Part shown: positions 40,005-53,435 of the stretch, piece after piece
How positions within the stretch are numbered: position 1 is the stretch's first letter
Layout: each line of letters opens with the position of its first letter
Assembly: GCF_006345805.1 (NCBI RefSeq)
Contig: NC_043012.1
Location: 41,044,001-41,108,000 of the forward strand
Reading direction: 5' to 3'
DNA: 64,000 nt
Origin: Octopus sinensis
Taxonomy: Eukaryota
The notes under the pieces: generated by a model
Database searches by the model: none
Told to the model about the DNA's origin: nothing
Seen by the model: only the letters and a program-made list of their open reading frames with translations
Position numbers and translations under genes: made by a program

Positions 40005-40941
40005 ATGTATGTATGTATGCTTATACACACTGAAGATTCTCTTACTAAAGGATACAGTGCAAGAGTAGAATATAATACTTGTTATGTTTGTATTGACTGT
40101 GAATTCAACGTTTCCTCAGACTGTAGCATATTCATACTTAGCACACACACACACACATACGCATAACACACTCAATCGCTCCCTCTCCCCCCTCTCTCTC
40201 TCACACACACTCTCTCTCAAACGCACACAGACTCACAGGCATATATATATATATACATACAAACACACACGCAATCTTACGCGTATGTATATGTATGTGT
40301 GCATGTGTGTGTGTACATATATACATATACAAACACACGCAGGTATACGCGTATATACACGTATATACATATAAATATATTTGAATGTATATGTATATAT
40401 GCATATATTTATATGTATATATTTATGCATATATATATAAATGTGTGTGCATTTATATGTATATGATATATGAAAAAAAAAGTATATATATATATGTGTG
40501 TGTGTGTCAAATAATAGTGATTTGTTCCGTGTAGGAAAAAGGGTTTAAGGAGCTAAAAGTCATAGAAATATAATAAGATTAGGAGGTGAGGCGGGAAGGA
40601 CATAGAGGCAGACAAGACACGTGACTGTAAATTCTTTTCTGTTTCTATCTTCAGTTATGTATTTTCCATAAATACTTCAAATATTGTTTTTCTTGTTTTC
40701 AGGATTTCTACGCATTTTTTTTTCAGTTTTCAGCAGGAAGTCTCTTTATTTTTCGTCTCACTGCGAGAGTATTATATGTGTTTGTCTCTATCACTCGTTA
40801 AGTTTTGGGGATTTTTACCAAAACTCATTTACCCACCTCTCTCCCTGTATACGCAAATATATAATGCATATTAATAATATATATGCATAAATACATACAT
40901 TCAAAGCATACATGCATATATACATACATACATACATACAT

Positions 40942-41041
<100 letters not shown>

Positions 41042-41231
41042 GTTAATCCAAACAAGAAAGCACAAAAAAAACACAACAACGCGAGGACGTGGAACAAATA
41101 CATATATATATACATAAATATATACCGTGATCGACCAGGCTATCAGATGTTGCTACACATCACTGGTCACAATGCGCTTCGCGTTGTTTTAGCCTTCAAA
41201 TGACGCCTACCCCCTGGCTAAGCGAGCAGGC

Positions 41232-41269
<38 letters not shown>

Positions 41270-41601
41270 CATTTTTCATTTACTACCGACTGAATCTGCG
41301 CGTGCGCGGTGAATTTGAAAAATTATGACATATGATGATGAGACACGTATTATTTGTCTCTAAATTATATGTTAATGTAATGGCGCGGTCACTGATGAGA
41401 ATTTCGCCTAGCAAATTATTTTATTTGCTAAAGAAATTCGAAGCCTTAGAATAACCGTAAAAAAATATAACAAGGTAAAAGTTTCTATTTTTCATTCCTT
41501 TCGAAATTGCTTTTAAATGTGGTTTTGATAGTTTTGACTGCTTCTTCTAGCGTGTAAAATTACCAGGTAAAGGTAGTTTCTCTTGTGTTTAAACGTACAC
41601 C

Positions 41602-41649
<48 letters not shown>

Positions 41650-42745
41650 GTTAATTTATCAATATCTCAGTCTTCACTCTATAGTGATACTCTCTGTGTA
41701 TCACGTATACTTATTATTAATGTTGTAATGTATATTTTAAAAGACTGCTCTTATGACAACTTCCATTTTCATTGTTAAGACGTAACCTGACAACGTTATA
41801 CAGAATATATTTTGTGCCGTTTGCATGATTTATCATATGTATGTGTGTGTCTGTGTGTTTGTATATATATGTATCTATACACATACGCGCGTACACACAC
41901 ACACGCATATGTTTGTATACAAGTATATAGATAGAGAGACACACAGAGAAATAGATGAATTAGGGACACCGGTGTTAGCGTTTGGGTAAGTAGTTAGATT
42001 TGCATCGACGTGGTTTCGTGTTCACTTTCGTCACAAGGCGCTTGAAGAGAGTGTCACCTGCCGCTAACTTTTCCATCGGTGTGACTGATGTCTGTTGACC
42101 AAATTGAACTTGCTGAAATGTGACCATGCTGAGGATCAGTCGACTAAAGTGGCGTGAAGTGGAATTGAAACCCTCTTACCGCACTAAATGCGAAGTGACC
42201 TTCTAAATCATATAGCTACACCTGCATTTCTGTGACTTTAAAGGTATCGGGTCTCACAAAAGTCAGACGAATTTACTATTTTGAATTGATCCATAAGGAA
42301 ATATCAGTAAAAGGTCGATACTTGCACTGTGTGTAGCAGGTTCTGAAATGATTTACATATTCGTTCTTAGTACGTTTTGCAAGATCCGAAAGAAAATATG
42401 TTAATCTCTGTTGTGTACAATTTCTTCATTTTACGGCGACGATGTGTGTACTTAATACATCCGGTTTATTGGTGCAATGAATTCTGGAACACCATGTTTC
42501 TGCATGTGGCTCGTCAGTCAGAAAACCAGGACCTTTGAAACTAAACAAGTCTCTGGCTTTGTTTATAATTTCAGCGAACAAAACTGTTTGCTCATCTATG
42601 CAGATATCTGCTAACCAATAAAGAAAATCGCTATTTATATTGTGTACAAACGAGATTCGCACATTTATGTTTAATGCATTCTGTTATCTATTTTTGCTTG
42701 TTGCATTTTCGCAGATAATTTTTATTCAGAGCCATAATTACGTTC

Positions 42746-42776
<31 letters not shown>

Positions 42777-42841
42777 GTCTGTCTCTCTGTCTCTCTCACT
42801 CTCTCTCTCTCTCACTCTCTCTCTCTTGTTTTTAATTTCAG

Positions 42842-43159
42842 GATGAAAATAACTCGAATTTCTCGCCTGATATAACACCGATTGTCTTAGCAGCACAGTG
42901 CAATAACTTTGATATTGTGCACATGTTGCTTCGCAAAGGTTTCTCCATTGACATGCCGCACCATTATTTCTGCCTCTGCACCGAGTGTGACAATCACAAG
43001 AGATTCGACCGCTTTGTTCACTCACGCTCACGTCTGAATGCCTACCGAGGTTTGGCCAGCACCGCTTACATGGCACTCTCCAGCGACGACCCGGTTCTAA
43101 CTGCTTTCGAACTGAGCGAACAATTAAAGGGTTTAGAAGAGAAAGAAAAGGAGCATAAG
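42842..43159 (+). CDS. TRPC: TRPC3/6/7-like channel, coding exon A (ankyrin repeat 4, Zn-binding TRP_2 region, helical linker), 106 aa, phase 0-0
   Basis: Acceptor tttaatttcag|GAT and donor AAG|gtaagg. Translation DENNSNFSPDITPIVLAAQCNNFDIVHMLLRKGFSIDMPHHYFCLCTECDNHKRFDRFVHSRSRLNAYRGLASTAYMALSSDDPVLTAFELSEQLKGLEEKEKEHK matches recalled TRPC3/7 motifs (DITPIILAAH, PHDYFCKC, SHSRSRMNAYKGLAS, SSEDPVLTALELS). Confidence 0.96.
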
Positions 43160-43209
43160 GTAAGGTGGTGACGTTGTCAGTGATAAATACATCTACGGAA
43201 TCTTATCAA

Positions 43210-43480
43210 GTGGTTAGGGTGTTGTGATCGGGATTTCTATTCGTAGGTGGGAGGTATGTGGTGCTCTTGAGTAAAACACTTCATTTCACTTTGTTCCCGT
43301 TCATTCCGCTGTAAATGGTTCACTCCGCGACAGACTGGATGTCCCATTCAGACGGAATCGTTGTCCTGCCCATCCAGCCTGCCAGGTGTCATCATTAGAA
43401 GGCTAAACGAAGCGAGAAAACGCATTGTGACAAGCGGGCTATATCCATATTCGATAGTTCGATCCATACAGCGGTATTGC
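43210..43480 (+). mobile_element. SINE family C-related copy about 50 bp downstream of the exon A donor
   Basis: ctcttgagtaaaacacttcatttcac...gaaggctaaacgaagcgagaaaacgcattgtgacaagcg. Confidence 0.72.
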
Positions 43481-43554
43481 ATTGAACCAGTGTATTCAAG
43501 AATTATTAAGATTTGAAAAGAGCATGAATTAGGTTGATTTTTATAATTCCTTCT

Positions 43555-43710
43555 AACTTTCGCAGACGATTAGCAATTTTATGGGGGAGAGTTCCTCGAT
43601 TACATCGAACCCAGTGCTCAACTGGTGCGTATTTCATTGACCCTGAAAGGATGAAAGGCAATGTCAACTTCGGTGGAATTTGAACTCAGATTCTGCCAGC
43701 TCACCGCCTT
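43555..43710 (-). mobile_element. SINE family A copy, internally deleted, in the TRPC intron A-B
   Basis: ggatgaaaggcaatgtcaacttcggtggaatttgaactcagattctgccagctcaccgcc. Confidence 0.8.
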
Positions 43711-44704
43711 AAGGTGGTTTTAATCATAGTGTTGCTCACTGGTGTCTCTTGTAAAATTTAACTAATATATCTATTTCAATTAAATGATTTAATATCACGT
43801 GATATTTATTATTCATTATATTACCATTTTTTTAAATATATGAAGTAACTTCAAAAACATGACTTTGTTTAATCAGAAAAACATAATAAAAATTTGTTTC
43901 TCAGACCAGAATAACAGGCGACTGCATTCCCTGTGTGCGGATCAGCGAGGTTAAACGTTAAAAGGAAGACAAAAATGTTTGATTTTCATCCAAAACAATC
44001 TAATTCTTTACTTGCATCCTGGCTCTTTGTCACAGAAAATACAACGGGCATTTATTTTAGAGAAATTGATAATGCTATTCTTGATCCAAAATGGAGACAC
44101 CTTAGAAAATTTTCTACGGGTTTAGATATACTTAGTATATTCCAACTTATATAAGCAAATTTATCAGTAACAACCCGGTCAAAAGCTGTACTACGTTCAT
44201 TAAAACTAAATAAGCGTAATAATCCTAAGAATGTATATAATTGAATAATATTTGTCTATTTTTGAATATCAAAATACTAATTGCATCATTAGTCTAAAGA
44301 AAACAATATTTGTCATTGTGTTCGATTATAGCGAATTTCTCCAAGACACGCAATTCCTCATTTCAAAAGTGCGAGAGAATATTGGAATGATACAAACAAA
44401 TGAGTTAATTGTAGATGGTTAATGTTATCAAAAACTGTTGAAGACAATAAAATTATATTTATTACAAACATTAAGATTTCCTTTTATTCGAAAAAGTATA
44501 AAAGTATATAAAAAAAACAGGACATTCTATATTGAGAGATTAATATTTAAGGAGTTAATATATTGTTATTGAATTGTGAATAAAGAACTTTTATTTGCCT
44601 TTTTACCATAATTATTTTGGAAATATTTTCTCTCGCCTCATAAACATTGAACTGATTGTTTTTTTATGAAGTTCCAGTCGCTGAATTCCATTTCTTTATT
44701 ACAG

Positions 44705-44863
44705 AGTGAGTACAAATCTTTGTGTGATCACTGCAAGAATTATGCTGTCGAATTACTGGAGCTTTGTCGTACAAATGAGGAAGTGATGGCAGCTTTACAT
44801 GGAGGGTCAGATATTCATGATTTGTCCAGAGTTCGTATGGCGATTAAATATGAACAGAAAAAG
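44705..44863 (+). CDS. TRPC: TRPC3/6/7-like channel, coding exon B, 53 aa, phase 0-0
   Basis: ttattacag|AGT ... AAG|gtaaga. Translation SEYKSLCDHCKNYAVELLELCRTNEEVMAALHGGSDIHDLSRVRMAIKYEQKK matches TRPC 'LDLCR..EEV' and 'RVKLAIKYEVKK'; in frame with exon A. Confidence 0.95.
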
Positions 44864-45194
44864 GTAAGATTTAAAAGAAAAATGTTTTGGTGATGCAACA
44901 CTATGAAACTAGTCGTCCAAAATTGCCGTTCCATTATTATGAAAGAGTGTAAAATTGAAACATAGATTAACCGTAGTAGGCAGAGAGTATACAAGAGTAA
45001 CAAGAGTTATATAAGGGTCGTATTTGTTGAAGAAGACCATGAATCTGAGTCTGTATGCTCAGGAAGATTTTTTTGAGTGAGGCTGTTTGTTACCCAAGCT
45101 TGCAACCCCCCCCCCCCCCATAACAGAAGAAAGGCCACCAAAGTTGACAGGTGGAGCATGAAATCACTGCCACCGTAGACATTATCGTCAGAAT

Positions 45195-45319
45195 GCATAA
45201 TAATAATAATAATAATAATAATAATATGATAATAATAATAATAATGATAATGATAATAATAGTAATAATAATAATAATAATAATATGATAATAATAATGA
45301 TAATAATAATGATAATAAT

Positions 45320-45358
<39 letters not shown>

Positions 45359-45396
45359 TAATAATGATAATAATAATGATAATGATAATAATAATG

Positions 45397-45433
<37 letters not shown>

Positions 45434-45471
45434 TAATAATAATGATAATAATAATGATAATAATAATAATG

Positions 45472-45508
<37 letters not shown>

Positions 45509-45552
45509 TAATAATAATAATAGATGATGATGATGATAATAATAATAATATT
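45195..45552. repeat. (AAT/GAT)n microsatellite
   Basis: Direct reading. Confidence 0.97.
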
Positions 45553-46962
45553 ACAAGCTATCATCGTCTTTTACAATTCCACCACTTCATCGCCGTTGAG
45601 TCTTTGTATTTTCTTTTGACCCAGAAATATTAAAAGTAAACTTAACCTCGGCCTGTTTTGAATTCAGAACTGCAGAATCATTCTCCATATATCTTCTTTG
45701 CCAAAACACTTAATATTATAGAATAAATAAAAATACGTTGCGTTTGTTGATGCAGGGCTCTGTTTTCACTTTTCTATAAACACAAGTAGGTTGATGATGT
45801 TACTGCTGTTGAAAGAAATGAAAGCGGCAAGATGGCAGAATCGTTAGCAAGCTAAGAGTTTCGTTCGTCTACACGTTCCGAGTTCAATCTTCGCAATGGG
45901 AACGAAACTAAAACCATTAGATTGCGAGAGAACGTCTTATCTGCATGGCTAAGCCCGCCCCAGATACTGGAATTTCGACATTGCAAATATAGCTTTAGAA
46001 ATATTAACGTAATGCAATTATATGTCATAATATCTCGCAAACAACGAAAACACTGTAAAATACCATTGCATGAGGTTGATAAGGTAAACTTAAATTTTGT
46101 GCTATGGATTAACAACCGCGTAAAAAAATCTACATTTATTTAAAACTACAAATATATCTTCTATAAACTCTTAAATCTTTAACCTATATTTTAAAATAGT
46201 TGAAGAGACTTTTTCGTAACAACCTACTGATCTCACTAAGATAAGATTTGTCTATAGTTAGGAAAGTTATATTTTTATTGTTTCTAAGACAAAAGATTTA
46301 ACAACAGATGCATAATTTGCATAGCAGAAACAATCTGAAATATATTTTCAGATATTTAAATTATCTACTAACGATAAATAATTACATTTTCTAAAATTTT
46401 TATAAATAAATATATCTAACAGATTAAGAATTAAGATAATAAAATAATAAAAACGGCTTTTGTTTTTTTAAACAAAATTATCAAATATGAAAATATCAAG
46501 TATAAAGTTATAAAATATAAACTACAAAAATGTAAAAAAAAATGTAGAACTCTTTTAGAAATAATTTCAATAATGAAACTAACAATATGTTCTATGAAAT
46601 TTTAGAGTCTTATTGAGATTGGCGAAAAGGAAAAAAATTAGGATAAAAATTCTAATGTTTATCGAGATTTTCAAAGATAATATGAAACATATTTTTAATA
46701 CAAAAAATGCAATAAAATACAAAAAAAATGCAATAAAAGGTCAAGAAGACTCATAAAAATACTAGAACATTTATTATATAAATAGCTTTAAAAAAATCTG
46801 GGAACAATATTTTGAAGTTTCTAAAAATATGAAACTAAATTAAGCAATAAAGAAACACACACATACACACACATGTGTAAATATAGTCACGCCCAGAAGA
46901 GACTGGTAATTACTCACACACGCGCGAACTCAAAACGTAAACTTACAATCACTGACTTAGTC

Positions 46963-46963
<1 letters not shown>

Positions 46964-46993
<30 letters not shown>

Positions 46994-47136
46994 TGTATGT
47001 ATGTATTATGTGTGTGTGTGTATGTATGTATGTATGTATGTATGTATGTATGTATGTATGTGTGTGTGTATGTATGTCGTATGTATGTATGTATGTATGT
47101 ATATGAATAGATAGATAAATAGACAGACAGACAGCT

Positions 47137-47169
<33 letters not shown>

Positions 47170-47257
47170 CATACATACATAGACAGACAGATAGATGGAT
47201 AGATAGCGAGATAGATTGATAGATAGATACACAGATAGACAGACAGACAGATAGATG

Positions 47258-47301
<44 letters not shown>

Positions 47302-47313
47302 TATAGATAGATT

Positions 47314-47352
<39 letters not shown>

Positions 47353-47400
47353 GGATGGATGGATGGATGGATGGATGGATGGATAGATGGACGGACGGAT
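46964..47400. repeat. Compound (TATG)n-(GATA)n-(GGAT)n microsatellite
   Basis: Direct reading. Confidence 0.96.
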
Positions 47401-48109
47401 ATTACATATGTATGACCATTTTAGGTAAATCTATGGATCAGCAAGATCGGGAAAATTTGTTTGACCTCTTTCTCTCTCCTTTCTATTACTTACTTAGCCT
47501 GTCTGTCTCTTCTATATATGTATATGTATACACGCACACAAATATATATATAGTGAGGGAGAGAGAGAGAGAGTAGGAGGAAGAAAGGAAGACGGAAAGC
47601 GATACTAGTTTAGCGGCATCATCTGACACTTAAGTATCTCCAGCACAATTCAGACTTTTTTAAGCATCCAGGCCATGTTTCAAGAATAGCAATTACTCGA
47701 TAGAACAAGTGCTGCTCGCTCCTTATCGCGAGAATAAAGACATGAGACGTGATTTTCTCCTCATCCATCCTTCCATCCGTCCATTGCTGGCAATAAGAAC
47801 TCGGAAACTTCATTGATGCTGAGCTCCCAGTTTTATCCCTAAACTCTTAAAAATGAAAATACACAAATAGGCGCAGCAAAGAAATAACAAGTTTACTTCT
47901 CAAGCACATGATTCCGGGTTCAGTTCTACTGTGATGCACCTCAAGCAAATGATTTCTGCTATAACCACGGGCCAACCAAATCCATGTGAGATGATTTCAT
48001 TAACGGAAACAGAAAGAAGCCTTAGAAACGTGTCGTATAAAGCGCCTCAGATATGTAATAGTCTACATTTGGAATATTCTTCAAGGGCCCTTACCTAATT
48101 TTGGCATTG

Positions 48110-48470
48110 AGTGCTATACAAATGCCAGAACTGGACGTCATTGTATCGTACCAAAGGTACCATCTATTCCATATAAATTCAGGGCCAGGTGCTGCAATAG
48201 CTTAAGGATCAAATGCCCGGGCACAAAAGTTAAGAAACTTACACAATGTGGACGTAAATGTCTTCACAACGGAACTGAATGAGACATACTTCTCTACTCA
48301 ATAGCGGATAAACCGACGACCCGACATGAGGTACAGACGAAGGCAGCGAAGCCGGGACAAAGGCATATACAGGAGTGGTTATGTGAAGCCCCAACACCCT
48401 GAGGAAATCATCCGTACGTGGATCATAAGTAACGGTGCAAAATTTCGGTGGTGCTCCATCTCAGCAACAT
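48110..48470 (+). mobile_element. CR1-group LINE, 3' end relic
   Basis: TGRHCIVPKVPS...RCCNSLRIKCP and RNLHNVDVNVFTTEL...IADKPTTRHEVQTKAA resemble the recalled mollusc CR1 ORF2 C-terminus (GRHC.VP...NSL...GP.LFN.LP...R.L...F...LD..L..VPDEP). Confidence 0.68.
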
Positions 48471-48494
48471 GAATGAGATGGATAAAAGATTATA

Positions 48495-48746
48495 TTGGGA
48501 TGGTGCATAAAACTATTGCGGGTTTTTTTCGATAAATTTTATTCAACAAAAACAATGACAATATTTAACAAAAACATCTTTAAATGACGGTCTGACTGTC
48601 TGGCAAGCAAACGGGAAGCAGTAATTGAAGTAGATGGGGAATATACTCCGGAATAATCATTTAAAGATGTTTTTGTTACATGTTGTTATTGTTTTTGTTG
48701 AATAAAATTTGTTGAAAAAAAGACACAATAATTATGCACCAACCCA

Positions 48747-48747
<1 letters not shown>
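48495..48747 (+). mobile_element. Mariner MITE (cecropia/Hsmar1-like TIRs), copy 1
   Basis: TA|TTGGGATGGTGCATAAAACTATTGCGG ... CAATAATTATGCACCAACCCAA. The interior keeps a transposase C-terminal remnant (LASKREAVIEVDGEYTPE*). Confidence 0.88.
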
Positions 48748-48796
<49 letters not shown>

Positions 48797-48869
48797 CTGT
48801 GCGTGTGTGTCTGTGTGTGCGTGCATGTGTGCGTGTGTGTGCACTCACTGGATATAAAGAACCGGATAT

Positions 48870-49280
48870 AAAGATTGATTCCAAAGTTTGGTACAAGGAC
48901 AGCATTTCCGGGGAGGATGATAAATCAATGACATCGATCCAAGTGCTCAATTGCTACTTGTTTTATCGACCTCGAACGGTTGAAAGACAAAGTTGACCTG
49001 GGCGGAATTTGAACTCAAAACGAAAGAACGGACGAAATGTCGCTAAGCATCTTTCCCGGCGCGGTAACGAATCAGCCAGTCTCGCCGCGTTGCCCGATTT
49101 AAGCATTGGTTTTAAATTTTAACACAATGCCACAAATTTCGGTTCTTATTTTGTCGACCCTCAAAGGATGAAATGCAATGTCGACTTCACCGGAATTTGA
49201 ACAAGAACGTAATTACAAACGAAACGCCGCTAAACAATTTTCCCTGGCATGCTGAAGATTCTGCCGACTCACCAGCTTCG
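48870..49280 (-). mobile_element. Two tandem SINE family A copies
   Basis: Consensus reverse complement at about 48870-49090 and about 49100-49280. Confidence 0.8.
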
Positions 49281-49684
49281 CCACACCACAGGCAGCCATT
49301 AATTAGATGCGAGCGAATATTGCGACAGTTATCATTTTAACAACTCTATTAATGTGGACGGCTTGTGGTTCGTTAATTGAGTTTTGAATAGATATAATTC
49401 AATTAGGAGCTATAATTTAGGTATGTTACATAACAAATTTTCCAAACAGAACTCTGTGTGCGCGCGCGCGTACGTGTGCGTGTGGAGGAATTTTAATTTA
49501 TTTTTCGAAGTTTTCACCGATGGAGAAAAACCGTTTCGTTTGCTAACCAAAGAAACAAATTCATAGGAATACAAATAAAAAGTTAGTAATTTTGTACGCT
49601 TATTTGTAAGTATACATACACACATACATACATAAATACATACACAAATATGTACGTACATACATACATACACATATATGTATG

Positions 49685-49731
<47 letters not shown>

Positions 49732-49732
49732 G

Positions 49733-49771
<39 letters not shown>

Positions 49772-50569
49772 ACGTGTGTATAAACTGTTTTGACTAGGAG
49801 GAGAAGGCAGTCTGTCTTTTCTCATATATGTACACACACACACACACAAACACACACACATATGCATATATGTGTGTGCATATGTATATATATATATATA
49901 TATATATGCATATATATACATATATATATACATATGTACATATATATATATATGTATATGCATGTATGTATGTCCCTATGTGTGTGTATATATCTATGTA
50001 TGTATTTCAAAGTAAAGGTGTGTATGATTGTATATTGAAAATAATCGAATCTTGTCAAAAGAGAATACCTATTTGAATTGTTCCTTGAGCGGCTCAGATA
50101 AAAACAAAAATATCAATACAGATTCAGTGTTATTTCTGAAGTTAAGGTTTCTGTTTGTTATGTTTACGCATTTGAATTTTATGAATTACCCACAGGGTTG
50201 CTGTGTCTGAGTCAATAAATAGCTTTCTTTGACTCGTTCAAATAATCTTAATAAAAAAAATAAAACGTACAATAAATACATAATCGTAAAAATGTAGAGC
50301 CATCTGAAAGAATTAGATTTAAATATATTATATAGAAACCTGGCAATTACACTTCTCATGTAACGCGTCTATAGCATTTCATGCAAGATATGTTATATAG
50401 AACTTAATTTCAAATCAAATTGGAAGCTTTAAGTGTGAAAATGTGTCGGATCTTCGTCGTCCGATTATGGTGATTCAGTTAAGTCAACTCCAATACTTGT
50501 TCCAGAATTAATGTGTAAATGGTTGAGCAGCCACAGATAGGTGTATTTTAAAAATACTTTATAGGCAGC

Positions 50570-50790
50570 ATCAGGCGGTGAGCTGGCAGAATCGTTAGCA
50601 CAACGGATGAAATGCTTAGCGGCATTTCAGCCATTTATAACTTTCTGTATTCAAATTCAGCCGAGATCGAGGTAGACTTACATCCTTTCGTATACTATAA
50701 AATATGTACTAGTTGAACACTGGGGTCGATGTATTCCACTTAGTCCCTCCACTGAACTTGCTGGCCCTGTGCCAAAAACCTGAGACCAAT
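50570..50790 (+). mobile_element. SINE family A copy
   Basis: caggcggtgagctggcagaatcgttagcac...ggccctgtgccaaaa. Confidence 0.85.
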
Positions 50791-50994
50791 TCACAGGTAG
50801 CATCAGCCTGATACTCACTAATCAGTGTATGTGTATGAGGGAGAGTGTTGTCTGGACGCCCCTAGACGATGAAGTAGACTAGCCCAATATGTAGATATAG
50901 AGGGAGAGTCGAGACGTCGAGTAGACTAGAACAGTAGTAGAGAACAGTTGAGTAGCGGAGCAGAGTAGATTGAGTGGAGGTAATCCGAACGTGC

Positions 50995-51025
<31 letters not shown>

Positions 51026-52848
51026 GGAGAGAGAGAGAGAGAGAGAGAGAAAGAAAAGTGGAGCTAGTCTTTTTGGATTACAGGTACAATCTCCTGACAC
51101 AAACGTCTATCGAAATTCCGTCTCCCAGACTTCGTTCACATCTGAAATTATAGAAAAAATGTAATTGTCTAAGATGCCGCGCAGTCTGATCGATCTTCGG
51201 GACTTCCTCGCTGCAAAATAAACTTCTTTATCATTCGACCATACTGTGCAAATACTTGTGCTGTTAATAACGAAGAAAGGCGAAAAGACGAAAGGAAGAG
51301 AAAGCAGATAACATGAAACTATATTGGAACTGGCATAAATTTCCAAGAAATTTCGTGTTAAATATTTAAATATTGCATCACAGAAATAGAAAACTAGTCA
51401 GGTTAGTTCTAGAACTTGTAATATAGTATTCAGAGAGACGAATGAGAGCTCCATATAGTCAATCATTGTCACAGTAACTATAAAAAAAAAGAGAAAAATA
51501 AGATGTGAAGTACGCCATGTTATGTTCCATTGTAAACTTTACCATTTGTTTCTGCTTCTGTATACCATATAAGCCATAAATGTCTCTCGTATCTTTTATA
51601 TTTTGAATTTGATTATTTCTATATAGGCCTATGGGATTTCCGTTGAAGCACAAGCTGCAAATTTAATTATATTTAAATGTTTCTGGAAATTCTGTTGATT
51701 ATTTCGAAAAATAAAAAGAAACTTATTAATTTATGGCATTCGATAGAAAGTATACGGTAGCTCTGGATTACTGCAAAACTTGAGGAACATAAATTATTAA
51801 GATCACGTAGACAAGCGACAATCAAAACAATCATGAGCGTATCCAGTCTTAATACTTTCTGTCAGATTCGAATCCGAAATGCAGGAGCGATTAGCATATA
51901 CGCGTCCAAATCTACCGGAAACGGATTAACAATAAATATGTACACAATCATTATAAAGATTAAATAGACTTTTTTATTTGTGAAACTGGATCCAACTTTA
52001 ACCGTCTGATTTGCGTCACAGTGTGTGTATATGTATGTATGCATGTAGTTAGGTAAGTAGGTATATATGTATGTTTGTATGTATCTATTTATCTACATCT
52101 CTCTCTATATATATATAGATATGTACATATATTTACATATATATACATATATATATACATATATATATATATACATACACACACACACACGCACACACAC
52201 ACATATATATATACACATTCATATTAATATATAAATATACATATACATATATATATATGTATATATATATATATGTATATATGTATATGTGTGTGTGTGT
52301 GTGTATGTGTGTGTGTGTGTGTGTGCGTGCATGTGTAAAAAGGTTGAATTAGATTCGTCCTTTAATTTGGAGGTTTCCAAGAAAAGTTTCTAATATTGAT
52401 TCTTCAGATTTTGTTGGTTGTTTTCAGGCGTAAATTTGTGAATATGAAAATGATCCTTGTATCTGATGTTTTGTGAATTTATGGAAAGGAATCGCATAAA
52501 ACTCAACAATTTTGTTAAAAAAGAAGAGAAGATGTTAAAATATAGAAGAGAATTATAAGATCATTTCGTACAGAGATATAGAAATCATGCAAATTCATGG
52601 TTGAACTGGATTAATTAAATTAATTAAATTAATTATATATCAATATACTCGTCACTGCAGGAATCATAAACAAAATTTTTACAAAAAACTTGAGAAAAGA
52701 AATAGCAGAATAGAATCTAGGAGATTCATATTTATCCTTATGAAAAGAAAAAGAGAGATATGAGTTCGGTTAGATATTAAGTATAACTAAAGGCTATAAC
52801 GCTATAACGATTATTTGAAAATATAGTAAAAGAGGTTTAAGAGACGTT

Positions 52849-52889
<41 letters not shown>

Positions 52890-52894
<5 letters not shown>

Positions 52895-53355
52895 ATATTT
52901 CGGAATGGTCATTTTGCCAGTTTAGCCAATAAAAACACACGCACTATATATTTGATGTTACTTTGCTTCATTGTTATTTATAAATAATAAACAAAAACAA
53001 CAACAAAAACAAATTACATGAGCGTATATAAACAGAAGATACAAATATTACAGGCATCCCCCCCACACACACACTAAATAAACATAGACGCACATAGAGA
53101 TATAAGCATACGCAAATGAAAACATACAATAGAAATACAAAATGGCTGACGGTTAGTAAGGAGAGACACAAATAAGAAAGAAGAAAACAAAGGACCACTG
53201 ATGCGGTCACAGGAGTGTGACGAAAGAACTCTGGCCGAAATAAGATTAAGATTAATGTAAAAAATAAACAACACTGAAGCAAAGTAACATCAAATATATA
53301 GTGCGTGTGTTTTTATTGGCTAAACTGGCAAAATAACCATTCCGAAATATAACAA
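52890..53355. mobile_element. Fold-back element with about 90-bp terminal inverted arms and a central degenerate hammerhead
   Basis: 52890-52980 is the reverse complement of 53264-53355 with few mismatches; the element is inserted next to (TA)n. Confidence 0.85.
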
Positions 53356-53435
53356 TATCTGTTTCAACACACGACTTCACATAAAAAATCTTGCACAACA
53401 AATATATGAACGTATATATATATATATATTATATA

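Noticed and set aside
42426-42662. Minus-strand 78-aa ORF as a transposase
   Set aside because: No DDE/D motif recognised; it overlaps a hammerhead-like remnant and is more likely non-coding.
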